Assembly (NCBI GenBank): GCA_963698885.1
Contig: CAVOSJ010000007.1
Coordinates: forward strand, 25,554-89,553
Length of the DNA stretch: 64,000 bases
Direction: 5' to 3'
Origin: Nitrospirota bacterium
Lineage (GTDB): Bacteria; Nitrospirota; JACRHJ01
Shown one piece after another: positions 20,144-28,769 of this stretch. A program made the translations under genes and the position numbers. Below the pieces are notes generated by a model that had not been told where the DNA came from, searched no databases, and saw nothing but the letters and a program-made list of their open reading frames with translations. Position 1 is the first letter of the stretch. Each line of letters starts with the position of its first letter.

Positions 20144-20701
20144 GTGATTGTTCGTAAAAAATTCCTTCTGCTGTTTTTCGCTTTCATCGTCATCCCCTCC
20201 CTCGCCTTCGCGGATTTCACCGGCCTTTGCACGGCCGTCAAGGACGGGGACACCATCGTTGTCCTTATCGATAACCACATACCTGTCAAGGTGCGCCTCC
20301 ATGGGATAGACGCGCCGGAGATGAAGCAGCCGTTCGGCAAGGCGGCCAAGAGATACGCATCAACGCTTGTTTATCATAGAATAGTTACCGTGCGCGAGGA
20401 GGGGACGGACAAGTACGGCCGGACGCTGGGAGAGGTGACGCTCCCGGACGGGCGGGATTTTTCCGAGGAAATGCTCCGGGAGGGCTATGCCTGGCACTAT
20501 AAGCAGTACGACCAATCCCAAAAGCTCGCCGACTTAGAGACCGAAGCGCACGACGCACAGCGCGGCCTATGGGCGGACCTGGACCCGACGCCCCCCTGGG
20601 AGTTCAGGCACATGGAAAATTCGGATAACGAACAGACAAAATTCCGCCACCGCGAGCGCCGACCCCGAGGCGCCAGGGGCTTTCTGGATAACTCAGAGTA
20701 A
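20144..20701 (+). CDS. Secreted thermonuclease (SNase family)
   Basis: Signal peptide, VKDGDT, VRLHGIDAPE, DKYGRTL, QRGLW, PPWEFR. Confidence 0.92.
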   Translation: MIVRKKFLLLFFAFIVIPSLAFADFTGLCTAVKDGDTIVVLIDNHIPVKVRLHGIDAPEMKQPFGKAAKRYASTLVYHRIVTVREEGTDKYGRTLGEVTLPDGRDFSEEMLREGYAWHYKQYDQSQKLADLETEAHDAQRGLWADLDPTPPWEFRHMENSDNEQTKFRHRERRPRGARGFLDNSE

Positions 20702-20801
20702 ATGCCCTTGAAAATGCCGGAGTTTTTTGAGAGTAAAATGGGGCAAAATAGCTTGACAGGGCGGGGACGGCTGTGGTAAAAATGCAGGGTCGTACCAACA
20801 T

Positions 20802-20877
20802 TCCCCGGTAGCTCAGTTGGTAGAGCAGGTGGCTGTTAACCACCTTGTCGCTGGTTCGAGTCCGGCCCGGGGAGCCA
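20802..20877 (+). tRNA. tRNA-Asn(GTT)
   Basis: 76-nt cloverleaf TCCCCGG...CCGGGGAGCCA, anticodon loop CTGTTAA, T-loop TTCGAGT, encoded CCA; TTGACA at 20753 upstream. Confidence 0.97.
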
Positions 20878-20886
20878 GTTAACTCC

Positions 20887-20921
20887 AAATATGGGCACTC
20901 CTGAAAGGGTGCCCATATTTT
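20887..20921 (+). terminator. Intrinsic terminator after tRNA-Asn
   Basis: AAATATGGGCACTC-CTGAAA-GGGTGCCCATATTTT. Confidence 0.8.
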
Positions 20922-21061
20922 GTTGCGAAACTGCACCTGCCAATGCTGAAAAATCTTTTCAGATACAGCCTCTAAAATTTTACCATGTGAATTCGGGGGC
21001 CCTTTCGCCTCCCTCAGCTATACAACTTGACGCATCCTGGGTAGGCTATCAGCCGTGCCAC

Positions 21062-21346
21062 TTATTTTTTGCCATCCACCAGTTCCTTCAGCTCTTTACC
21101 TGCCTTAAAGAAAGGCACTAGTTTTGCGGGGATCAACACTGGAGTTCCGGTCTTGAAATTCCTGCCCTCGCGCTCTTTTCTGAGGCGCATTTTGAAACTG
21201 CCGAACCCGCGCACTTCAACTTTGTTATTTGAAGCAAGGGCGTCTTTAATGCTATCAAAAAAGGTATCGACGATAATCTCAATTTCTTTTTTGGTAATGC
21301 CCGCCACTCGATCAGTCAGTTTATTTACGAGTTTTTCCTTTGTCAT
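21062..21346 (-). CDS. HU/IHF-beta family DNA-binding protein
   Basis: MTKEKL, KVEVRGFGSF, GRN(F)KTG, PFFKAGKELKE. Confidence 0.92.
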   Translation of the reverse strand: MTKEKLVNKLTDRVAGITKKEIEIIVDTFFDSIKDALASNNKVEVRGFGSFKMRLRKEREGRNFKTGTPVLIPAKLVPFFKAGKELKELVDGKK

Positions 21347-22301
21347 ATGCCTTCAGCCCTTGAAATAATTATCACCCTTCCCAGAAGGTAATTTTGCCGG
21401 ACGCACGAAAAATCACCTTTTCAGAGGCGGGCCTTGCTGATAGCTCCGCCAACTTCAGCCCACGCTTACTCAGGCACTACGACGTAAAGCTTGCAGTTTA
21501 GCCAATATAGGAAATACTTATATCATTAATGCCGGAAAATAAAAAGCTGGGAATTATACCAGGGGTTAGATTAAAATTTGTCTTTCTGGACGGATACGCC
21601 GCCCATTTTTCAGGCGTTTGAAACACACGAAACAGGCAGCTTCAACTGTTGATTTTTTTTGCATGTTCCGTTGCGCCCTTTCCAGACTCATCATCCCCTA
21701 ATGTTTTCTACTATACAATAGTCTTTTAAATTCACTTGCGGGAGCGTGACTTGCCCTCATTGATAGGAAGTTGTCCTATCTATGAGTTTTGCGTAATGGC
21801 GCATATCGAGCTATATTATGAATATTATTTATTTGTGAATAATATTAAAATAATTATTTTATCATCGGTAATGTTCACAGTTTGCCACATCACTGACACG
21901 AATATACTTCGACTTATAGATAAGAAATCGTGTACAAAGCTTCACGTAGTTGAGGGGCGATAGCGAAGCAAGCGTAACGGGAGCGCTATCATGCAAAACC
22001 TGAGAATAATCCCTAAATGCCTTATTTTGAGTTTCCCGCCCGGTTCCTGCATATTCGTCCGAAATAGATGACGTAAACTCTCCCATCGGGTCCAAAGGGG
22101 CTTGCTGGAAGGGCAGGAGAAACGTCCATGACCGCCCTTTTTCAAGAAGAACGTATTAGGCGCCGCGACATCCCAGGCAATCCGCTGCCGGCGGGGCGGA
22201 GAAAAAAAATTGAAGCCGCGCCCGCTTCCTCACCCCGCCGCGCTGAAATACCTACAAAATATCAGGAGAAGATTAATTCTGACAAAAGGAGGGTGCCTAC
22301 A

Positions 22302-25300
22302 ATGAAGAACGCAAAAATATCCGCACTTGCTATTTTCATGGTATTTATCTGGTTTTTCCCCGCGTATGCTTCAGAGCTTGACGATATAAACGCTGCTATC
22401 CGGGCGAAGGGTGCCCTCTGGACGGCCGCCAATACCTCAATGAGCGTGTTGCCGCCGGCGGAGCGGGCGTCAAAAATGGGACTACTGACCGCGCCGCCGC
22501 CTTTGGGCAAGGCTAGACCTATGATGATGCGTCCCCTCCTCTCCGCGCCACTGCCGGTATCACTTGACTGGAGAAACAATAACGGCAACTATGTGACCGG
22601 CGTTCGCGACCAGGGAAATTGCGGAAGTTGCTGGGCGTTTGCCTCGACCGCCGCGCTCGAAGCCGCCACGATTATAAAAGATAAAACTCCGGGCACTGAC
22701 CTTGACCTCTCGGAACAGGTCGCCGTATCCTGCAGCGGTGAGGGAAGCTGCGACGGCGGATATCTGATCGACGATTTTTTTGTGACAAGCGGTCTCCCGC
22801 TTGAATCCTGCTACCCTTATACTGGCGGTAACGGCTCCTGCTCCAGCGCCTGCGCGAATTGGCAAAACGATGCCTATAAAGTATCAAGCTATACCTGGGT
22901 AGTCCCTTATGGGAGCCAGCAGACCGCCGATGTTTTAAAGAACGCCCTCAACAGCTATGGTCCCGTAGCCGTGACAATGGCCATTTATAGCGATTTTTAT
23001 TACTACAGCAGCGGAATCTACAGCAATGTAACCGGCTATCTGGAGGGGTACCATGCGATACTGCTGGTCGGCTATGACGACGTCAACGGTTGCTTCATCG
23101 TAAAGAACAGTTGGGGGAGCGGATGGGGAGAGAACGGCTATTTCAGGATCGCATACAGCGAGCTGACCGATGCCGTCGATTTTGGATACGAAGCTCTGGC
23201 TTACAGCATTAATCCCGATTCCCCTCAAGCCAAGCTGAACCTCACAATAAATCCCGACGGCAGCGGGTCCATAACCGCCAAGCCGTCAAGCCCAAAGGGG
23301 CTCTACAATTTCGGCGATACCGTGCAGCTTACGGCTGTTCCTTTAAGCTGCAGCGCCTTCCAGGGCTGGAGCGGTGATGCTTCGGGTTTATCAAACCCCG
23401 TCAGTATCACTATGGATGTGGACAAAACTGTGACGGCAAGTTTTGCGACTAATAAAGTCAACTTAACGACCGCGGTGAATGATCCGCAAGGAGGGGCAGT
23501 GACGAGCGGCGGCTCGTATGATTGCGGCAGCACGGTGCAAGTAGCCGCGTCATCCAACACGGGCCATTTCTTTGCGGGCTGGAGCGGGGACGCCTCCGGC
23601 ACGACAAACCCGCTTCCCGTCATTATGGACAAAGAAAAGTCCGTAACAGCCAACTTTTCGACGGGCGGCATAGCCCTGTCATCTTCGCTTAACGGCACTT
23701 CAGTAACTCTCACTGCCGCAATGTCGTACAACAATGTCGCCGCTGCCGGGCAAACCCTTATTTTTTATGTAGATAATAAGCTCCAAACCCAAGCGGTTAC
23801 GGACGTCGGCGGCACTGCCGTGGTTACGTTCACTTGCAGTCCCGGTGAGCATTCGGCCTATGCAGTGTTCACCGCAAGCGGCGGCATGCCGACTATGAAG
23901 TCGAATACAATAGAATTTAATATAGTATTAGTTTCGTTTACAATAACGGTTACATCGGGGCCTAATGGCGGTATAACGCCTGGTACCATCGATGTGGTGT
24001 GGGGTACCAGCCAGACCTTCGTGATTGCACCCGCATCCGGCTATGCAATCGGGAACGTGACGGTTGACGGGGTTTCCACGGGAGTTATGACCGTCTGGAC
24101 CTTCCTCAACGTCCAGGCTACTCACACGATAGCCGCGACCTTCATCCCGACCATCACGGCCACATCTGGCGCTGGCGGCGGCATCTCTCCTTCCGGTACG
24201 ACAAGAGTTGCCAGCGGGGCGAGCCAGACCTATACAGTTAAGGCCAATGCCGGCTACCATGTAGCGGACGTGCTTGTTGACGGCTCTTCCGTTGGCGCTG
24301 TGGGTACGTACACCTTCAGCAATGTAACCGCGCCTCACACGATATCGGCGAGCTTCGCGCAGAACCCGTCTTTTACCATAACGGTGACGCCTGGCGCCAA
24401 CGGCAGCATAACGCCGGGGACAATCGCCGTGGTGCAGGGCACCAGCCAGACCTTCGCTATTGCACCCGCATCCGGCTATGCCATCGGGAGCGTGACGGTT
24501 GACGGGGGTTCCATAGGGGTAATGACCAGCTGGACATTCTCCAGCGTACAGTCTGCGCACACTATAGCCGCGACGTTCATCCCGACTATCGCGGCCACAG
24601 CGGGCGCTGGCGGAAGCATTTCTCCTTCCGGCACGGCAAGAGTTGCCAGCGGGGCGAGCCAGACCTATACCATTAAGGCCAATGCCGGCTATCATGTAGG
24701 GGACGTGCTCGTCGACGGCTCTTCCGTGGGCGCTGTGGGTACGTACACCTTCAGCAATGTAACTGCGCCTCACACGATATCGGCGAGCTTCGCCCAGAAC
24801 CCGTCTTTTACCATAACGGTTACGCCGGGCGCCAACGGCAGCATAACGCCGGGGACAACCGCCGTGGTGCAGGGCACCAGCCAGACCTTCGCTATTGCAC
24901 CCGCATCCGGCTATGCAATCGGGAACGTGACGGTTGACGGGGGTTCCATAGGGGTAATGACCAGCTGGACATTCTCCAACGTCCAGGCTGCCCACACGAT
25001 AGCCGCGACGTTCATCCCGACTATCACGGCCACAGCGGGCGCAAACGGAAGCATTTCTCCTTCCGGTACGGCAAGAGTTGCCAGCGGTGCGAACCAGACC
25101 TATACCATTAAGGCCAATGCCGGCTACCATGTAGCGGACGTGCTCGTCGACGGCTCTTCCGTTGGCGCCGTGGGTACGTACACCTTCAGCAATGTAACTG
25201 CGCCTCACACGATATCGGCGAGCTTCGCCCAGAACCCGTCTTTTACCATAACGGTTACGCCTGGCGCCAACGGCAGCATAACGCCGGGGACAACCGCCGT

Positions 25301-26108
25301 GGTGCAGGGCACCAGCCAGACCTTCGCTATTGCACCCGCATCCGGCTATGCCATCGGGAGCGTGACGGTTGACGGGGGTTCCATAGGGGTAATGACCAGC
25401 TGGACATTCTCCAACGTCCAGGCTGCCCACACGATAGCCGCGACGTTCATCCCGACTATCACGGCCACAGCGGGCGCAAACGGCGGCATCTCTCCTTCCG
25501 GCACGGCAAGAGTTGCCATCGGTGCGAACCAGACATACACAATCGCACCAAACGCAGGTTATCATGTGGCGGACGTACTTGTCGATGGCTCTTCCGTTGG
25601 CGCCGTGGGTACGTACACCTTCAACAATGTAACTGCGCCTCATACTATATCGGCGAGCTTCGCCCAGAACCCGTCTTTTACCATAACGGTTACGCCGGGC
25701 TCAAACGGCAGCATAACGCCGGGGACCACCGCCGTGGTGCAGGGCACCAGCCAGACCTTCGCTATTGCACCCGCATCCGGCTATGCTATCGGGAACGTGA
25801 CGGTTGACGGGGGTTCCATAGGGGTAATGACCAGCTGGACATTCACCAACGTCCAGGCTGCGCACACGATAGCCGCGACGTTCATCCCGACTATCACGGC
25901 CACGGCGGGCGCAAACGGCAGCATTTCTCCTTCCGGTACGGCAAGAGTTGCCAGCGGTGCGAACCAGACCTATACCATTAAGGCCAATGCCGGCTATCAT
26001 ATAGCGGCCGTGCTTGTCGACGGCTCTTCCGTTGGCGCTGTGGGTACGTACACCTTCAGCAATGTAACTGCGCCTCACACGATATCGGCGAGCTTCGCTT
26101 CAAATTAA
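22302..26108 (+). CDS. Secreted papain-family (C1A) cysteine peptidase with a stalk of beta-rich repeat domains
   Basis: AAGGAGG RBS and signal peptide at 22302; QGNCGSCWAF, GYHAILLVGY and IVKNSWG catalytic motifs; two InlB-B-like repeats (F.GWSGDASG), an Ig-like domain, then ten repeat domains. Confidence 0.9.
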   Translation: MKNAKISALAIFMVFIWFFPAYASELDDINAAIRAKGALWTAANTSMSVLPPAERASKMGLLTAPPPLGKARPMMMRPLLSAPLPVSLDWRNNNGNYVTGVRDQGNCGSCWAFASTAALEAATIIKDKTPGTDLDLSEQVAVSCSGEGSCDGGYLIDDFFVTSGLPLESCYPYTGGNGSCSSACANWQNDAYKVSSYTWVVPYGSQQTADVLKNALNSYGPVAVTMAIYSDFYYYSSGIYSNVTGYLEGYHAILLVGYDDVNGCFIVKNSWGSGWGENGYFRIAYSELTDAVDFGYEALAYSINPDSPQAKLNLTINPDGSGSITAKPSSPKGLYNFGDTVQLTAVPLSCSAFQGWSGDASGLSNPVSITMDVDKTVTASFATNKVNLTTAVNDPQGGAVTSGGSYDCGSTVQVAASSNTGHFFAGWSGDASGTTNPLPVIMDKEKSVTANFSTGGIALSSSLNGTSVTLTAAMSYNNVAAAGQTLIFYVDNKLQTQAVTDVGGTAVVTFTCSPGEHSAYAVFTASGGMPTMKSNTIEFNIVLVSFTITVTSGPNGGITPGTIDVVWGTSQTFVIAPASGYAIGNVTVDGVSTGVMTVWTFLNVQATHTIAATFIPTITATSGAGGGISPSGTTRVASGASQTYTVKANAGYHVADVLVDGSSVGAVGTYTFSNVTAPHTISASFAQNPSFTITVTPGANGSITPGTIAVVQGTSQTFAIAPASGYAIGSVTVDGGSIGVMTSWTFSSVQSAHTIAATFIPTIAATAGAGGSISPSGTARVASGASQTYTIKANAGYHVGDVLVDGSSVGAVGTYTFSNVTAPHTISASFAQNPSFTITVTPGANGSITPGTTAVVQGTSQTFAIAPASGYAIGNVTVDGGSIGVMTSWTFSNVQAAHTIAATFIPTITATAGANGSISPSGTARVASGANQTYTIKANAGYHVADVLVDGSSVGAVGTYTFSNVTAPHTISASFAQNPSFTITVTPGANGSITPGTTAVVQGTSQTFAIAPASGYAIGSVTVDGGSIGVMTSWTFSNVQAAHTIAATFIPTITATAGANGGISPSGTARVAIGANQTYTIAPNAGYHVADVLVDGSSVGAVGTYTFNNVTAPHTISASFAQNPSFTITVTPGSNGSITPGTTAVVQGTSQTFAIAPASGYAIGNVTVDGGSIGVMTSWTFTNVQAAHTIAATFIPTITATAGANGSISPSGTARVASGANQTYTIKANAGYHIAAVLVDGSSVGAVGTYTFSNVTAPHTISASFASN
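23931..26105 (+). repeat. Five tandem 435-bp intragenic repeats (145 aa, two alternating domains each)
   Basis: CCGTCTTTTACCATAACGG recurs at 24366, 24801, 25236 and 25671 (period 435); a more diverged first copy starts at 23931. Confidence 0.95.
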
Positions 26109-26125
26109 CCAACCGAGGTATAGAT

Positions 26126-26166
26126 AAAAATAAGGGGTTGCAACTTTCGCAGCCCCTTATTTTTTT
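26126..26166. terminator. Bidirectional intrinsic terminator between convergent genes
   Basis: AAAAATAAGGGGTTGC / GCAGCCCCTTATTTTTTT. Confidence 0.8.
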
Positions 26167-26200
26167 AATTAAAAATTCGGGGTCATGAAGATTCTCCCCA

Positions 26201-27664
26201 TCAGTCGGAAAGTGCGGCAGTCGGCAGGGACCAGCCGAAGACGGCGTCGGTGTACTCGAATCTTCCTTTGTTGAACGGGACCAGCACAAGCTCGCAGGCC
26301 AGCGTCTCCACCTTAGCCGTCTGGACGAATTTCACGAGCCGCCGGTTCTCCTTGGGCGCAAGCGAAAATAGGATGAGTGGGGCAATAAGCAGAGAATCCT
26401 CCGGCGAGAACACGCACCCTCGCATGCAGGTCGTGGGTTCGGTTTCTTTAAAGACGGGTTGTTGCCTTGTAAAACCGGATGCCAGGCGGGACAGGACCTT
26501 CAGGTTCCTGATGCCGAACGCCGGAATAAAAAAACGCAGCGGCACCGATTTGTCCTCTGCCCGCGGTTGAATTAAAGTACCCGGAGAGAATGCTTCGAGA
26601 TCGAATTTATTCGAAAGTTCCCGCCCCTCTCCCGTAATCTTCACCTTGACCAGCCAGAAAGGAAGGAACCCTGCCTTCTCAACTGCTTGCAGCTGCGGCG
26701 TCGCGGCGCTGTAATGTACTTCCGTAAAATTGCTCTCCGAAATGTACCACGCCTTCAGGCAGGAAGGGCAGAAAAATACAAGGTCGCCCGGCCGGACGGG
26801 CAGGTCCGCATCGCAGTCCGGACATTTAAGCGGCCTGAGCGATGCCGTCTCGAATTCCTGCTTTCCCGCCTGGTCGATAAGCTCGTCCAGCAAAGAGAGA
26901 GGGGCCTTTGCATTTAAGACCGCGCCGCTTATCCCGTCAATGACGGTTAGAGCGCCCTCGGCTCCGTCCGCCACTTCTATAATCCAGAAAGGGGAGTAAA
27001 TTATCGATTCAGCCTTCCCGAACACCCCTCTTTCAGCAGTCGCGCCGTCCCCGGTATCCGCGTATCCCGTTCCCCGGAACTCCTCGATGTTCTTCCCGAG
27101 AGGCGCCAGCCTCCCGCGTCCCAGGACCTCTTCGCGCTCGAAAAGTTTCAGCTTCAGGACCTCCGGACGAAGCCCCAGGGACGGTGAATCAAGTTCCGGA
27201 GCGCTTATCGCCAGGAGCGTGCGGTCTATATGCCTTGCGGTAAGCTCGAACCGCCGCTCTAATATTGCTGAAGACGGCTCTTCGAGGACGGAATATGAAT
27301 TGCCTTGCGTGTCGCTCATAAGGCTTCCCAGGAAGCCCCCGCCGCCGTAAGCATGGCCGCCGGCTATATTTACTTCCTCGGAATCCCACCTCAGTTCGCT
27401 TGCCTCAAAATGATAGTACGGGACGAAAAAAAGTTCGGCTTCCCGTGCCATCCAGGCGCCGCCGGCTATATTCAAAGCGCCTAGGGCGGCGGAAACGGCC
27501 TGTTTTGCGGTTATTTTTTCGGGGAAATAATAGCTCAGGATGCGGCCGCGGCCGGTAACGACGTGCGCGGAGCCGCAGTAAGAGCATTTGACTGCGTTGC
27601 TCCCCGCCTGGTACTCTAATCCGGCCCCGCAGGAAGGACAGCGGGTGGAGACTGTAAAGGGCAT
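26201..27664 (-). CDS. Zinc-ribbon protein with two CxxC-CxxC modules, hypothetical
   Basis: CPSCGA...CSYCG at the N-terminus, CPDCDA...CPSC internally, each followed by a PYY/PFW-type motif; starts 1 nt after the SPFH gene stop. Confidence 0.75.
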   Translation of the reverse strand: MPFTVSTRCPSCGAGLEYQAGSNAVKCSYCGSAHVVTGRGRILSYYFPEKITAKQAVSAALGALNIAGGAWMAREAELFFVPYYHFEASELRWDSEEVNIAGGHAYGGGGFLGSLMSDTQGNSYSVLEEPSSAILERRFELTARHIDRTLLAISAPELDSPSLGLRPEVLKLKLFEREEVLGRGRLAPLGKNIEEFRGTGYADTGDGATAERGVFGKAESIIYSPFWIIEVADGAEGALTVIDGISGAVLNAKAPLSLLDELIDQAGKQEFETASLRPLKCPDCDADLPVRPGDLVFFCPSCLKAWYISESNFTEVHYSAATPQLQAVEKAGFLPFWLVKVKITGEGRELSNKFDLEAFSPGTLIQPRAEDKSVPLRFFIPAFGIRNLKVLSRLASGFTRQQPVFKETEPTTCMRGCVFSPEDSLLIAPLILFSLAPKENRRLVKFVQTAKVETLACELVLVPFNKGRFEYTDAVFGWSLPTAALSD

Positions 27665-27665
27665 A

Positions 27666-28679
27666 TCAGCCCATTGCTGCGCCGCACGACGGGCAGAACT
27701 TCGACCCCTGCGGAAGCGCGGCTTCGCACTTCACGCAGTGCGCCTCGGTGGAGAGAGGCTTTCCGCACGAAGGGCAGAAATGGGCCGAAGGCGGGACCTG
27801 GGCTCCGCATGAGGTGCAATGAGCGGCAGGCTGCGCGTTCGACTGCCCCATCAGCATACCGGGTATGAGCATTCCCAGGCCCGCTCCTGCGCCGAGGCCA
27901 AGGCCCGTGCCCATGCCGCCCTGGTTGTTTGCGGCGTCCCCAACCGCCATTGCGGTTCTGAACTTCATGAAGCTGTCCAAATCCCCCGCCGCGCCCATGC
28001 CGGAACGCTGGTCGATTACCTTCTGGACTTCTTCGGGCGGAGTAATCGAATTTATATAGAAGTCTCTGAGTTCCAGCCCGTAACGTAAAAAATCCTGCTC
28101 CACACGCGCCTTTACGGATGACGCCATCTCGTCGTATTTCTGGGGGAGGTCCAGGATGGAATCCAGGTTCTCTCCGAGGTAATCGTTCAGGCGCGATACC
28201 GTGACGTCGCGGAGGTAGTCCTTTATCGCATCGGTTGTGAAGACGCCCTGCGTGCCGACGAGCGAGTTTATAAAAAGGAGCGGGTCGCTGACTTGGAACG
28301 TGTACGCCCCGAAAGCCCGGAGACGGACCATTCCAAGCTTGCTGTCCTTGAACGCCACCGGGTCTCTCGTCCCCCACCTGAGGCTTGTGAATATCTTTCG
28401 GCTGACGAAATAAACTTCGGCTTTGAAAAAGCTCTCGAACCCCCAGGGGAGCATGAGCAACTTCGTCAGGATTGGCAGGTTTTGTGTCGAAAGCGAGTGC
28501 CTTCCCGGCCCCAGCACGTCGGTGCCGCGTCCGTCCTGAAAGAACACAGCCGCCTGCGAGTCCCGCACGATACACTGCGCGCCGAACTTCGTCTCGCCGG
28601 AGCCTTCGGCAGGTACCCTGTGGACCATCTGCTCGCCGGTCGGGTCAAGGAACTCTAATACTTCAAGAAACTGGGACAT
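27666..28679 (-). CDS. SPFH (band 7-like, YdjI-type) protein with C-terminal double zinc ribbon
   Basis: CIVRDSQAAVF, LGPGRH.L.T.NLP, RWGT.DP, VRLRAFG; CTSCG-FCPSCG-CVKC-FCPSCG. Confidence 0.85.
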   Translation of the reverse strand: MSQFLEVLEFLDPTGEQMVHRVPAEGSGETKFGAQCIVRDSQAAVFFQDGRGTDVLGPGRHSLSTQNLPILTKLLMLPWGFESFFKAEVYFVSRKIFTSLRWGTRDPVAFKDSKLGMVRLRAFGAYTFQVSDPLLFINSLVGTQGVFTTDAIKDYLRDVTVSRLNDYLGENLDSILDLPQKYDEMASSVKARVEQDFLRYGLELRDFYINSITPPEEVQKVIDQRSGMGAAGDLDSFMKFRTAMAVGDAANNQGGMGTGLGLGAGAGLGMLIPGMLMGQSNAQPAAHCTSCGAQVPPSAHFCPSCGKPLSTEAHCVKCEAALPQGSKFCPSCGAAMG

Positions 28680-28769
28680 GGCCACCTCTTTTGTTTTATG
28701 CCTTTCGGTATTTTAGAGAAAGAAAAGGGCAAAGTAAATGGGAAAAATGATAGGATTAAATCGATTTAA

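Noticed and set aside
20802-21400. Integrative element or prophage at tRNA-Asn
   Set aside because: No integrase, phage gene or duplicated tRNA 3' end was found by eye in the window.
22045-22120. c-di-GMP-I riboswitch (GAAA...GACGTAAA...GGTCCAAAGG resemblance)
   Set aside because: The stem around the GAAA is poor and the conserved GCAAA motifs are degenerate; not supportable without a covariance-model scan.
22128-22301. 58-aa N-terminal extension of the protease
   Set aside because: A strong RBS and signal peptide indicate the start is at 22302.
23928-25643. 571-aa antisense ORF, and the many other long antisense or alternate-frame ORFs
   Set aside because: Shadow ORFs of GC-rich or repeated coding sequence with no recognisable motifs.
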